NCBI GenBank assembly: GCA_965249725.1
Contig: CBDFMQ010000001.1
Coordinates: forward strand, 320,001 to 384,000
DNA from: Longimicrobiales bacterium
GTDB lineage: Bacteria; Gemmatimonadota; Gemmatimonadetes; Longimicrobiales; Gaopeijiaceae
Direction: 5' to 3'
DNA length: 64,000 bases
Part shown: piece by piece, positions 41,832-52,234 of the stretch
How the letters are laid out: every line of letters begins with the position of its first letter
How positions within the stretch are numbered: position 1 is the stretch's first letter
The notes under the pieces: model-generated
What the model saw: only the letters and a program-made list of their open reading frames with translations
Databases searched by the model: none
Told to the model about the DNA's origin: nothing
Program-made: the position numbers and the translations under genes

Positions 41832-42395
41832 ATGGCATCCTTCGGGTCCCGAAAAGGCGCTTCTGACGCCCGGTCCGTAATACTGATGGTGGCGACCTTC
41901 GTCATCATCGGTGGCTTCTTGGCCTGGCTGAACATGCAGGCCGCACAGACCGAAGTAGCGGTCGTCGAAGACGCCTCTGGTGGCACTGACTCGCTTGGCT
42001 CGGCTCCCGTTGTGGAGGCCGCAGTGTTCGGATCCGATCCCCTGGCGCACACCGAGGGTGTGATCCGGATCAACAACCTGCCCGTACAGAGCGCCGTAGG
42101 GACCGAGGCGTTCTTCGTGGCGATGACCAACCAGCCGGGTCCGTATCTCGTCAAGATGGGGGCCCGGGTGTTGGCGGACAGCGTTTCGGTACCCAGTGGC
42201 TCAACGGTCTCCCTTGTCGGGCGGGTCTACGCCATGTCGGACAGCGTTTCCGGTGCCTGGGTGGGGAGTGGCGCCCTCGCGGAGGACGACCGGATTCTGG
42301 CGGACTTCGCGACGTCGTACATCGAGATTGAAGACATCATCGTCATGGCCGGCCCGGGCGGCGGCGACGGCGGTGACGGCGGTGGAGATCGATAA
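41832..42395 (+). CDS. Hypothetical membrane-anchored protein
   Basis: N-terminal TM segment (ILMVATFVIIGGFLAWL) and a beta-rich extracytoplasmic part; fills the rplQ-rpmB gap. Confidence 0.7.
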   Translation: MASFGSRKGASDARSVILMVATFVIIGGFLAWLNMQAAQTEVAVVEDASGGTDSLGSAPVVEAAVFGSDPLAHTEGVIRINNLPVQSAVGTEAFFVAMTNQPGPYLVKMGARVLADSVSVPSGSTVSLVGRVYAMSDSVSGAWVGSGALAEDDRILADFATSYIEIEDIIVMAGPGGGDGGDGGGDR

Positions 42396-42425
42396 CTAAC
42401 GGGCGCAGCCCGAGGGTATAGAACC

Positions 42426-42641
42426 ATGGCTCGAGTGTGCTATTTGTGTGGCAAGGGACCCGCGGCGGGAAACAACGTGAGTCACGCCCACAACAAGACC
42501 AGGCGGCGTTGGCTGCCGAACCTGCAGACCGTGAAGATCATAACGCCGAAGGGCGAGCGGCGGCGCGTGCGGGTCTGCACGAACTGCATCAAGGGCGGAA
42601 GGGTCACCAAGGCCCCGCCGGTCAAGGCAGTCGAGGTCTAA
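42426..42641 (+). CDS. rpmB: 50S ribosomal protein L28
   Basis: [30 protein letters not shown]. Confidence 0.97.
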   Translation: MARVCYLCGKGPAAGNNVSHAHNKTRRRWLPNLQTVKIITPKGERRRVRVCTNCIKGGRVTKAPPVKAVEV

Positions 42642-42668
42642 AGACGGCGCTTTCGAGCGAGTTCTACG

Positions 42669-42706
42669 CGTCTCCGGGACCTGATGGTCCCGGGGGCGTT
42701 TTGTTT
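42669..42706 (+). terminator. Intrinsic terminator after rpmB
   Basis: CGTCTCCGGGACC-TGAT-GGTCCCGGGGGCG followed by TTTTGTTT. Confidence 0.75.
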
Positions 42707-42797
42707 GGGGGGGCGGAGAGACGGTTGGGGGTCGGGAAGGTCCGCGAACCGCGATTTCCTTGTACTTCCTACCGCATTCTCCCCTATATTATGCCCC

Positions 42798-43601
42798 ATG
42801 AACACTGCCGAGACACTTGAAGTGCCGGTCGGTGTCCCCCCCCTGGCCGGCCGGACCCTGGTGGTTACCAGGCCTGAAGCGCAAGCCACGGAACTCGTCG
42901 AGGCGCTGGAGCGCCTGGGAGCCCGTGTCGTTCGCATCCCCGCCATCCGCATCTCTCCTCCGGAGGATCCCGAGATGTTGAGGCAGGCGGTGCGTAGTGC
43001 GAGTGAGCACGACTGGGTCGTGTTTACGTCTGCGAACGGCGTCCTCGCCTTCAGCAATGCCGCCAACTCGGCCGGTGCGGATCCCCGTGAGGCAGTGGGG
43101 GATACACGGGTCTGCTGCATCGGACCCGCCACCGGGAGGGCAGCGGAAGAGGCCGGGCTCTCGGTAAGCCTCGTCCCGGAGGAGCATGTCGCCGAAGGAG
43201 TGATCGATGCGCTCGCCGCCGTGGAGCCCCTGGACGGCAAGCGTGTGCTTCTGCCCGTGGCGGCCGCGGCGAGGGATGTCCTGCCTGGATGGCTCCGGGC
43301 GCGCGGCGCGGTCGTAGAGGTGATCACTGCCTACGACACTGCGCCCGTCGAGAGGGTGGACGAGGGTGTGACCAAGACGCTCCGTGAAGGGGTGGACCTG
43401 GTGACCTTCACATCGCCGTCATCCGTGCAGGGCTTCGACCGTCTCGTCGGAGAGCCGCCCGTAGCCCCGGCCGCAGTAATCGGCCCAGTCACAGCATCAG
43501 CGGCGCGCGAGGCCGGTTACGATGTTACTGTGCAGGCAGACGATTTCACGGTTCTGGGGCTGGTGGAAGCGGTGGTGCGCCACTACACGGACGAGCGTTG
43601 A
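42798..43601 (+). CDS. hemD: Uroporphyrinogen-III synthase
   Basis: LVVTRP..QA, DWVVFTSANGV, CIGPAT, TFTSPSSV, VIGPVTA. Confidence 0.92.
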   Translation: MNTAETLEVPVGVPPLAGRTLVVTRPEAQATELVEALERLGARVVRIPAIRISPPEDPEMLRQAVRSASEHDWVVFTSANGVLAFSNAANSAGADPREAVGDTRVCCIGPATGRAAEEAGLSVSLVPEEHVAEGVIDALAAVEPLDGKRVLLPVAAAARDVLPGWLRARGAVVEVITAYDTAPVERVDEGVTKTLREGVDLVTFTSPSSVQGFDRLVGEPPVAPAAVIGPVTASAAREAGYDVTVQADDFTVLGLVEAVVRHYTDER

Positions 43602-45094
43602 TGAGCGAAGAACAGCAGAGCGCCGACAGCCCCGTCGACTCGGACGTAGGCGCGGGCGGCGAGGCCATGGTGGATTCAGATCCGGTCGGCCCCGACGGGG
43701 CGGGACCGATCCTGGACCCGTGGATGCTCCGCTACGCGGTTTATGCGTACCTGGTGATGTTGCCGATCGGTCACCTCTTGGTCGTGCCGATCAACGGTGC
43801 CAATGCCACCTTGAGCGACGTCTTCCTGGCCATCGTCATCCTTCTGGGAGCCGTCGCATTCGCCCGTGCGGTTCCCCACTACAGGGCGCGAGGTGGACCG
43901 ACGGCGCCGCACCTACCCGCTCACAAGGCCTTTCATGTGGCCGCCGTGTTGTTCCTGGCTTTCGGCATCTGGGTTGCCCTCGGTGGGACGTGGGGCTTCC
44001 ACAGTGAGTACGCCCTCACGAAGGGTGCGGCGTACGCAGCCCTCGGACTCGGGACCTTGGCGATTCTGTGGTGCGGCGCGGAGTGGGGTAAGGCGGCAGA
44101 CGCGTGGCTGCTGGGGACTGCGGTTTGTCTGGTCGGCGCGTGGGCCCTGGCGTTCGTCGGCCCTGAAGCCGTCCAGGAGCGGGTGGTGTACCGGGGCGGA
44201 TCGATCCGCGGCCTGCCTTTGCCTCGACTGTCCGGTCCCTTCCTGCACCCCAACATGTTCGGCGACTACCTGGTCGTTTCCGGCGCCCTTCTCTGGGCGC
44301 GCTGGCGACCTCTTCGGGCCCGACTAGGGATCTGGGCGACGGTCGGTGCGGCGGCGTTAGCCGTGACACTGTTCCTCACCGTGTCGTCCGCCTGGATCGG
44401 CGCGGGCGTGTTGTTGGCGGTGATCGGACTTCTGACGATGCGGCAGCGTCAGGGACGGGTCTCGATTCACAGGAAGCGGCCCGGCCCCGTGATCTTCTTG
44501 ATGGCCGGTGTGGCCCTATTCGCCGTGTCGTTCCTGGGGATCATGCTCGAGATGACCCTGGAGGTCGGTGGGCTGTCGATCGAGGCGAGCGGGATTCGAC
44601 CGAGCATCTGGGCGTCCGCGTGGGAAGCGGTCTTGGAGTCGCCTTTGGTGGGCGTCGGCGCGAGTCCGTATCTAGCCCAGGCAGCCGATCCTCTGGGCGG
44701 CTCGAGCTATCTGGAGCTTTGGGACGCTCACAGCCTGTATCTCAGCCTGCTCGGCCAATTTGGCATCGTGGGGTTCCTGCTGCTCCTGGGGGCGGTGGTC
44801 GTCCTCGCTCGGGCGATGGTGCGTGAAGGAACCACGAGGCGTCACGCGGCGCTGCTGGTCGCCCTGGTCGCCGTCGCGATCCACGGATTGACCGTCGCGA
44901 GCGAGGACTTCAGGCACATCTGGGCGCTCCTCGGGCTGGTCGGGTTGGCGAGCCTACCGGAGTGGGCGCAGGGGCGTTGGTGGAAGGACCGGCGCACGGA
45001 GCAAGATGTGGAGGCGGCTGAGGCGCTGGGTGGGGAGCGGGGTCGCCGGGCGTCGGACGCTTCAAGCGGTGAACCGGAGGCCGAGACCGCGTGA
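43601..45094 (+). CDS. O-antigen ligase/polymerase-like polytopic membrane protein
   Basis: Many TM segments; RLSGPFLHPN, R..IW......ESPLVGVG, AHSLYL..L...GIVG. Confidence 0.8.
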   Translation: MSEEQQSADSPVDSDVGAGGEAMVDSDPVGPDGAGPILDPWMLRYAVYAYLVMLPIGHLLVVPINGANATLSDVFLAIVILLGAVAFARAVPHYRARGGPTAPHLPAHKAFHVAAVLFLAFGIWVALGGTWGFHSEYALTKGAAYAALGLGTLAILWCGAEWGKAADAWLLGTAVCLVGAWALAFVGPEAVQERVVYRGGSIRGLPLPRLSGPFLHPNMFGDYLVVSGALLWARWRPLRARLGIWATVGAAALAVTLFLTVSSAWIGAGVLLAVIGLLTMRQRQGRVSIHRKRPGPVIFLMAGVALFAVSFLGIMLEMTLEVGGLSIEASGIRPSIWASAWEAVLESPLVGVGASPYLAQAADPLGGSSYLELWDAHSLYLSLLGQFGIVGFLLLLGAVVVLARAMVREGTTRRHAALLVALVAVAIHGLTVASEDFRHIWALLGLVGLASLPEWAQGRWWKDRRTEQDVEAAEALGGERGRRASDASSGEPEAETA

Positions 45095-46439
45095 GACGGA
45101 CCAACGCGGGCGGGGTCGCCATCCTGATGGTGGCGGTGGGGTCGGCGTTGCTTGGGTTGGTGGTGATCGAGAACCCGGGGGTGGCGCTGCCCTTTACGAT
45201 CGAGTTCATCCTCCTTCTCGGCGTCACGACGCTGGGGCTGATGCGTGAGCCGGATCTAGAGGTTCGCGGATGGCTGACCAAGCTGGTGATGGCCGCCCTG
45301 GGGCTGCGTCTTGTCCTCGCGTTATTCGTCCATTTCCAGCTCTCGCCCTATTTCTTTGCGCCTGACGCGATCGGGTACGAGAGTGTGGGGGCCCAGATTG
45401 GCGACTATTGGGCCCGCGGCGGTTTCGTCCCCCAACCGGTGCGAGAGGGCTGGCGTCCGAGCTACATCCACCTCAACGCGGTGTTCCACTTCCTATTCGG
45501 GGAGTCGAGTATTGCCCTGGTGGTACTCAACATGTTTGCTGGGGTGTGGACGGCGCTCCTGACGTTTTACCTGACTCGCGAATTCCTCAGCGTGAAGGCA
45601 GGTAAGGTGGCGGCGCTTCTGACGGGATTCTTCCCGTCGCTGGTGCTCTGGTCGATTCTCAACATCCGGGACGCCTTGGCCACCCTCTTTATCGTCTTGC
45701 TGGTCCTCTACGGTGTGCGTCTTTCGAAGGGTCTTCGAGCCTCGCACGTCCTGATCTTCCTGGCCTCGCTTCTCGGGCTGGGCTTACTACGAGACTACAT
45801 GGCGTTTCTGGTCGTCGTAGGTCTTGCCATGGGGAGCTTCACGGCGCTCCGGCCTGACCGGATTGTTGGGACCATGGCCTTCGGCACCATCATCGCTTTG
45901 GCGTTCACGTACTTCGCGGATCAGGTGGGCCTGTTTTCCACTCTCCGCCCGGAAGATGCACTGGAGACGGCCCAGATTCTCCGCGCCGGTCTGCAGGCCG
46001 ATGCGACATCGGCCTTCGGGCTCGGAGCCGAAACGGAAACCGTGGGCGGGGCCCTCCGGTATCTACCGCTGGGAATATCCTATCTACTTTTTTCACCCTT
46101 CCCCTGGGCCATTCAGTCGTCGCTCCAGCTGACGGCCATGCCCGAGACACTGCTCTGGTATCCGCTCTTCCTCCTGGCATCAAGGGAGTCAGCATCTCGC
46201 TGCAGGGCCGGGTCACCAACGTTCTCATTGTGTTGGCGGTGCTCGTCATCGTGGTCTCCAGCTACGCGCTGGTGGAGGGGAACTTCGGTACCGCCTATCG
46301 GCACCGCGCTCAGATCATGCCGCTCTTCTTCGTCTTCTCGGGGGTCGGGCTTTCGTGGCTGAAGGAACGGGTGATCACGCGCAGTACGTGGTGGCGGGCG
46401 AGGACGGCCCGGGTCCGTATGCCGGCTGCACGAAGGTAG
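45091..46439 (+). pseudogene. GT-C/polymerase-like membrane protein with an apparent frameshift near 46180
   Basis: TM-rich ORF (PDA..Y, FFPSLVLWS..IRD, PFPW) loses sense after LFLLA; the expected C-terminus (EGNFGTAYRHRAQ) lies in another frame ending at 46439. Confidence 0.65.
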
Positions 46440-46474
46440 GCGCGGTGAGCCTGGCTCTGGGAGCTGTCTGAGCG

Positions 46475-48403
46475 ATGTGCGGCATAGGGGGCATCGTCTC
46501 GAGGGCCGACAGGCCCCTCTTCGATGGATCCGAGGCGGTCTCACGGAACATGGCTGTCAGAATGCGGCGCCGGGGCCCGGACCGGCAGGCTGCGTGGGCC
46601 GCACCGTCCTCCCGGTGTGTACTGGGTCATGCCCGGCTTCGGGTGATCGACCTGGAGACCGGTGACCAGCCGATGCGGAACGAGGACGCGTCGGTAGTCG
46701 TCCTGCTCAACGGCGAGATCTACAACTACCGGGAGCTTCGCGAGCAGCTCCGGGGTCGGGGGCACCACTTCCGCACGATGAGCGATACGGAGGTCGTCGT
46801 GCACGGGTACCGGGAGTGGGGGCTCGAAGTGGCGAGCCACCTGGACGGGATGTTCGCGTTCGCGGTGTGGGACGAGCGTGAGCAACGTCTCCTTCTGGGT
46901 CGAGACCGCGTCGGTAAGAAGCCCCTGTTCGTATACCAGGACGAGGGGATCCTGGCGTTTTCCTCGGAGATGAAGGGCCTGCTGGAGATCCCGGGAGTGG
47001 ATCTCGGCCTGAACACGTCTGCCCTGCCCCTGTATCTGACCTACGGGTATGTGCCGAGCCCGGGCACCTTCTACGAGAAGATCGAGAAGCTGCCACCGGC
47101 GTCCTGTCTGGTGATGGAGAACGGTTCTTCCCGAATCTGGTCGTATTGGGATGTCACGTTCGAGCGCAGGGCCGTGCCCTATGACGAGGCCAAGGTCGAG
47201 GTCCGGAGGCTGGTAGAGGCGGGCGTGGAACGGCGCCTGGAATCCGACGTGCCCTTGGGTGCGTTTCTATCCGGAGGCGTCGACTCGACGGTGGTGGTGG
47301 CCGTCATGGCCCGCCTCTTGGACGAGCCGGTACGGACCTTCTCCATCGGCTTCGAAGGGGCTCCCGCGTATGACGAAACGCGGTTCGCTCAGATGGCCGC
47401 GGAGCGTCTCGGCACCGTTCACACTGAGTTCAAAGTCGGCCCCCAATCCGTCGATCTCTTGGATCGTCTCGTCGATGCCTACGACGAGCCCTTCGCGGAC
47501 TCGTCCGCCATTCCTACGTACCTCGTGTCGGCGCTGGCGCGAGACCACGTCACCGTGGCGCTGACCGGTGACGGTGGCGATGAGCTGTTTTGCGGCTACA
47601 AGCGGTTTCGGGCGATGGAGCTCGCTGCCGCGATTCCCGGCTGGTTTGCGGCCGGTGCGGACTCGACGCTGAGGCGTTTTGGCGATCGCAGTGACGTGAG
47701 AAGCGTTCGAGGGCAGATGACCCGGTTCTTCGAGGCCGCCCGAGCACCCGAGGATCGACGTTGGCTGAGGTGGGTCGGCCTCTTCACCGAAGATCTCGAC
47801 AACGTGCTCAGACCTGAACTACGGAGCCGGATTGGCGAGATGGATCTGGCGGTGAGCATTCGCGATCCCATGGCGGAGCTGGCGGGGTCGAGCGTTCTTG
47901 CCCGGGCGCTCTCTGCGAACTTCCGGACGTACCTACTGGACGACCTGCTCGTGAAGGCGGACCGAAGCAGTATGGCCCACGGTCTCGAGTTACGATCCCC
48001 GTTCCTCGACACGGCCCTGATCGAGTACGCGAGCCGGCTCCCCGATGGACATCTTCGGAGGGGTCGCACGCTGAAGCGCGTGCTCAAGGATGCGTTTGCA
48101 GATGTGCTGCCGCACGAGATCCGCCGTCGCGGGAAGATGGGGTTCGGTGTGCCCGTTCCGGACTGGCTTCGAGGGCCCTGGCGCCCCATGGTGGAGGAGC
48201 GAATCCTGTCCGAAGATGCTCGAATCTGGGAGTGGCTCGAACGCGATTACGTTGTGAAGAGAGCGCATCTCCACTTTGACCGACGGGAGGACTTCAGTCA
48301 TCAACTCTGGTCATTGCTCACGCTCGAGACCTGGCTTCAGCAGATGAACGGCCATCCAGGCAGCGTGGAGTCGGAGTCGGACGCCATCCAGGTGAGGGGC
48401 TGA
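46475..48403 (+). CDS. asnB: Asparagine synthase-type glutamine amidotransferase (glycan-associated)
   Basis: MCGI Ntn start, NGEIYNY, FLSGGVDS, LTGDGGDELF, RSPFLD. Confidence 0.9.
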   Translation: MCGIGGIVSRADRPLFDGSEAVSRNMAVRMRRRGPDRQAAWAAPSSRCVLGHARLRVIDLETGDQPMRNEDASVVVLLNGEIYNYRELREQLRGRGHHFRTMSDTEVVVHGYREWGLEVASHLDGMFAFAVWDEREQRLLLGRDRVGKKPLFVYQDEGILAFSSEMKGLLEIPGVDLGLNTSALPLYLTYGYVPSPGTFYEKIEKLPPASCLVMENGSSRIWSYWDVTFERRAVPYDEAKVEVRRLVEAGVERRLESDVPLGAFLSGGVDSTVVVAVMARLLDEPVRTFSIGFEGAPAYDETRFAQMAAERLGTVHTEFKVGPQSVDLLDRLVDAYDEPFADSSAIPTYLVSALARDHVTVALTGDGGDELFCGYKRFRAMELAAAIPGWFAAGADSTLRRFGDRSDVRSVRGQMTRFFEAARAPEDRRWLRWVGLFTEDLDNVLRPELRSRIGEMDLAVSIRDPMAELAGSSVLARALSANFRTYLLDDLLVKADRSSMAHGLELRSPFLDTALIEYASRLPDGHLRRGRTLKRVLKDAFADVLPHEIRRRGKMGFGVPVPDWLRGPWRPMVEERILSEDARIWEWLERDYVVKRAHLHFDRREDFSHQLWSLLTLETWLQQMNGHPGSVESESDAIQVRG

Positions 48404-48405
48404 GC

Positions 48406-50099
48406 GTGAATCCACTAGGTGCCCTCTTGCTGTACGGAGCACTGGCGTTGACCACCACGCTCGTCCTCACGCCTGTCGTGAGGAGCGCAGCGATGCGGTG
48501 GGGCCGCATCTCCCAGGCCCAGCCGGATCGCTGGCACGAGAGACCCACCCCGAATGTCGGTGGTGTGGCCATCTTTGCGGGATTCGCGCTGGCCGTCATC
48601 GTCGGCACTGTGCTCGATTCGGGCAACCTGGCGAGCCTCGACCTGTCGGAGCGGGCCGTCGTGCCCCTCACTCACCGCGAGGGTCTGCTCCTCGCATCGG
48701 TACTGATCTTCGTTATTGGTCTGGTAGACGATTTCGTCCCTTTACGGCCCAGCACGAAGTTGGTCGGAGAGTTGGCCGCGGCAGCGGTGCTGCTCATGAG
48801 TGGCATCGGAGTATGGTTTACGGGGGTCTATGTCGTCGACGTCATGGTGTCGCTGTTCTGGTTCATCGGCATCACCAATGCCCTGAATCTGCTCGACAAC
48901 ATGGATGGTCTGGCGGCAGGGGTGGGGGCCATCGCCGCCGCCTTCTTGGGCATCAACTTCCTCATCGCCGGGGACATGGGCCTGGCCGGGGTGTCGTCGT
49001 CATCGTCCCGGCTGTGGTGCTGGCAGTCCCGATACTCGATACGACCTTCGTCACGGTCACTCGTCTTCTGGAGGGGCGCGCCGTGTCAAAAGGGGGGAGG
49101 GATCACACGTCACACGGTCTGGTGGCCCTGGGCATCCCGGAGAAGCGAGCGGTGTGGCTGTTGTGGGGTCTCGCGGCTTGTGGAGGCGTGATCGGTCTCG
49201 TCATCCGGTCCACGAGCCGCACGGTGGCGTATCTCATGGGTGGCGGAGTGTTAGTCCTCCTCACACTTGTCGGTCTTTACCTGCTCACCTCACGCATGTC
49301 GGCCCTGGACCGCCCCGGAGAGACCACGGAGGGGGTCGGGGCGAGCGGGTTCAACCGTCTTCTGCGGTTGCACCATCGGTTTCCCGTTCTCGCGGTACTC
49401 ATGGATGTGGGAATCGTCACGGTGGCCTATTACGGTGCCTACCTGATTCGGTGGGACACCGACCAGCTTCCGGCTGAGCTCGCATACTTCCGTCGGACGT
49501 TGGCCATGGTGCTGGCACTCAAGATGATCGCCTTTGCGGCGGCGTCAGTCTACGCGCCCCGATGGCGTCACTACAGCCTTTCCGACGCGCTCGTGACGAT
49601 CCGAGCCAACCTCTTTGGAACGCTACTCACCGCCTCGGTTCTCCTCCTGATGGCCCGTATTGGGCTTTCTCGCGGAGTGCTGGTCGTTGATTTCCTCTTG
49701 TGCACGAGTCTCACCATCGTGGCCCGGGGGTCCTTTCGGTTTATCGAGGACGCGGTGGAGAAGTGGTCGGTCGAGGGCGTCCCGGTGGCGATCATTGGCC
49801 GCATCGCGGATGCCGAACTGGCCTTCAAGGCGCTTCGGGGCGTCTCCGAGCCCAACCTTCGGCCCGTGGCGGTCGTGGATCGTACCTATGCGGGAGAGAA
49901 GGGGCGGCTGCGAGGTTACCCGATCCTGGGGGGAGCCGATGGCATCAGGAGGGCTGTTCGCGATTTCGGAGTCAACGCTGTGGTCGTGGTGGATCGTAGG
50001 AGCTCCGGCGGCGTGCGCGACGAGCTCCTCGAGGAGTATCTCGCGACCACGGGCGCGCTCGACGTGTTCGTCCTCCGAATCTCGCTGGAGCCGGCGTAG
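48406..50099 (+). pseudogene. WecA/MraY-family phospho-sugar transferase fused to a CapD/PglF-N-terminal-like domain, broken near 48990
   Basis: TPNVGGVAIF, GLVDD, TNALNLLDNMDGL in one frame; VPILDTTFV..R..GGRDHTSH and the SRGV..D / GYPILG domain in another; the central NxxPAxIFMGD segment is absent. Confidence 0.65.
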
Positions 50100-50102
50100 C
50101 GC

Positions 50103-51326
50103 TTGAAGAACGTTCTGTACATCTCCTACGACGGCCTGACGGATCCTTTAGGACAATCTCAGGTCATTCCCTATTTGACCGGACTCGCGAGGCTGGGACA
50201 CAGCATCACGGTCCTCAGCTGTGAGAAGCGGCACAATTTCGACCAGCACGAGGTTCGCTGCGCGCGGATTCTGGAAGAACACGGAATCGCCTGGCATCAC
50301 GTGCCCTATACCAAGCGACCGCCGGTCTTCTCTACGTGGCGCGACTTGCGGCGCATGGAGGCGACGGGACACCGCCTGCTGAGAGCCGGCAGCTTCGACG
50401 TCCTGCACTGCCGCACGGTCCTTTCAACGATGGTGGGACACAATCTCCGGAAGCGCTACCGGACCAAACTCATCTTCGACATTCGAGGCTTCTGGGCCGA
50501 TGAACGTGTCGACGGCAGGCTCTGGAATCTGGCCAATCCGCTCTATCGGATTCTCTACCACTACTTCAAGAGCCTCGAGTCACGCTTCCTGTGCGAGGCC
50601 GATCTCGTCGTCACGCTCACCGAACGGGCGAGGGATTTCGTTCGGTCTCAGGACGGCCCGGGCGACTGCGCACCGAACGTCCATGTGATCCCGACCTGCG
50701 TGGACACAGAGCACTTTGCGCCGGACCGCTTTGGTAGTGGAGCTTCGGCAGAGGCGAGACGTCAGCTTGGTATTCCCGCCGACAGCTTCGTCCTGACCTA
50801 TCTGGGCTCGCTGGGAACCCGCTATATGCTTCGGGAAATGATGCAGTTCTTTGCCATACTCGCGCGCGAGGTCCCGGAAGCACGCTTCCTCATCGTGACA
50901 CGAGATGACCCGGGAATAGTCCTCTCGGCCGCGGCCGCGGCGGGCGTCGACGCGTCGCACGTCGTGCTCGCCCCGAGCGCCTACGACGACATCCCCGCCG
51001 TTATCGCCGTGTCCGACGCGTCGGTGTTCTTCATCAGGCTGGGGAACAGTGGTAAGGCAGTGTCACCGACCAAACAGGCCGAGCTGCTGGCGATGGGTGT
51101 TCCGGTGGTCTGTAACGCAGGGATCGGCGATTGTGACGAGATCGTGGGCGGCACGGGAGCTGGGGTCGTCCTCGAGTCCATGGACGAGATCGGGTTCCTG
51201 GCGGCGGCTGATCGACTTCGGGAGTGGCGAGGCCTCGACCCCGGGTCCATCCGGGCGGTAGCCCTTGAGCTTCTCTCGCTGGAGAGCGGTATTCAGCGCT
51301 ATCACGAAGCGTGGGAGTCGCTCTAA
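50103..51326 (+). CDS. Glycosyltransferase, GT4-like
   Basis: YISYDGLTDPLGQSQV, FDIRGFWADER, SPTK.AE.LA.GVPVV. Confidence 0.88.
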   Translation: MKNVLYISYDGLTDPLGQSQVIPYLTGLARLGHSITVLSCEKRHNFDQHEVRCARILEEHGIAWHHVPYTKRPPVFSTWRDLRRMEATGHRLLRAGSFDVLHCRTVLSTMVGHNLRKRYRTKLIFDIRGFWADERVDGRLWNLANPLYRILYHYFKSLESRFLCEADLVVTLTERARDFVRSQDGPGDCAPNVHVIPTCVDTEHFAPDRFGSGASAEARRQLGIPADSFVLTYLGSLGTRYMLREMMQFFAILAREVPEARFLIVTRDDPGIVLSAAAAAGVDASHVVLAPSAYDDIPAVIAVSDASVFFIRLGNSGKAVSPTKQAELLAMGVPVVCNAGIGDCDEIVGGTGAGVVLESMDEIGFLAAADRLREWRGLDPGSIRAVALELLSLESGIQRYHEAWESL

Positions 51327-51328
51327 CC

Positions 51329-52234
51329 GTGGACTACAGCCGTGCTCCCGACGACTGGATCGAGACGGCCTTCGGGCGGGTGGCCGCTTTCGATAGCGAT
51401 GCAGACGCGAACGTCGATGCACGCACTGTGACGTCCTTCGGTGAGGAATGGACGAAGTTCAGCGGCTTCACGGAGGATGAGATTGAACGGATCGGGGCTG
51501 AGTATTTCGACGTGGTCGACGAATCGATGCTCGACCGCGATTCCTATGTACTCGATCTGGGCTGCGGGTCGGGACGTTGGTCACGCTACGTCGCTCGGCG
51601 CTGTCGCTTCGTCGAGGCGGTGGATCCCAGCACCGCGGTAGTCGCCGCTCAGGGGCAGGTGAGAGATCTGCGTAACGTTCGAGTAACCCAGGCGTCCGTC
51701 GGCACACTTCCGTTCGAGGACGGGGTCTTCGATTTCATTCTCTGCCTCGGGGCCCTCCATCACATTCCGGATACGGCCCGCGCCTTGAAGGCTGCCGCAG
51801 AGAAGCTCCGCCCGGGAGGCTGGATTCTCTTGTACGTGTACTATGCGCTTGACAATCGCGATGTCGCGTATCGGCTTCTGTTTCGCATGTCGGATCTGGT
51901 ACGCCGCGCGATCTCACGACTCCCTGGGGGTCTGAAACGGGTGGCCTGTGATGGAATCGCGGCGGCGGTCTACCTTCCGCTCGTTACGGTCGCTCGCGGG
52001 ATTGGTTTGGTCTTCGGGCCGGCAACGGCCGAGAAGGTCCCGCTGCATTACTACGCTGACAAGAGTTGGCACGTCATCAGAAACGACGCCCTGGACCGTT
52101 TCGGCACACCTCTGGAGCAGCGGTTCACTCGTGCCGAGATCGCCGAGATGATGACAGACTGTGGCCTCGTCGACCTGAGGTTCTCGGACCGAATGCCGTG
52201 TTGGCACGTTGTGGGTCGCAGGGCGGAGCCGTGA
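51329..52234 (+). CDS. Class I SAM-dependent methyltransferase
   Basis: SFGEEW, VLDLGCGSGRW, FD...LGALHHIPD, LRPGG. Confidence 0.88.
   Translation: MDYSRAPDDWIETAFGRVAAFDSDADANVDARTVTSFGEEWTKFSGFTEDEIERIGAEYFDVVDESMLDRDSYVLDLGCGSGRWSRYVARRCRFVEAVDPSTAVVAAQGQVRDLRNVRVTQASVGTLPFEDGVFDFILCLGALHHIPDTARALKAAAEKLRPGGWILLYVYYALDNRDVAYRLLFRMSDLVRRAISRLPGGLKRVACDGIAAAVYLPLVTVARGIGLVFGPATAEKVPLHYYADKSWHVIRNDALDRFGTPLEQRFTRAEIAEMMTDCGLVDLRFSDRMPCWHVVGRRAEP

Noticed and set aside
42760..42800. Leaderless hemD promoter (TATATT 7 nt before the ATG)
   Set aside because: The -35 spacing is off (19 nt), and the idea cannot be supported without TSS data.
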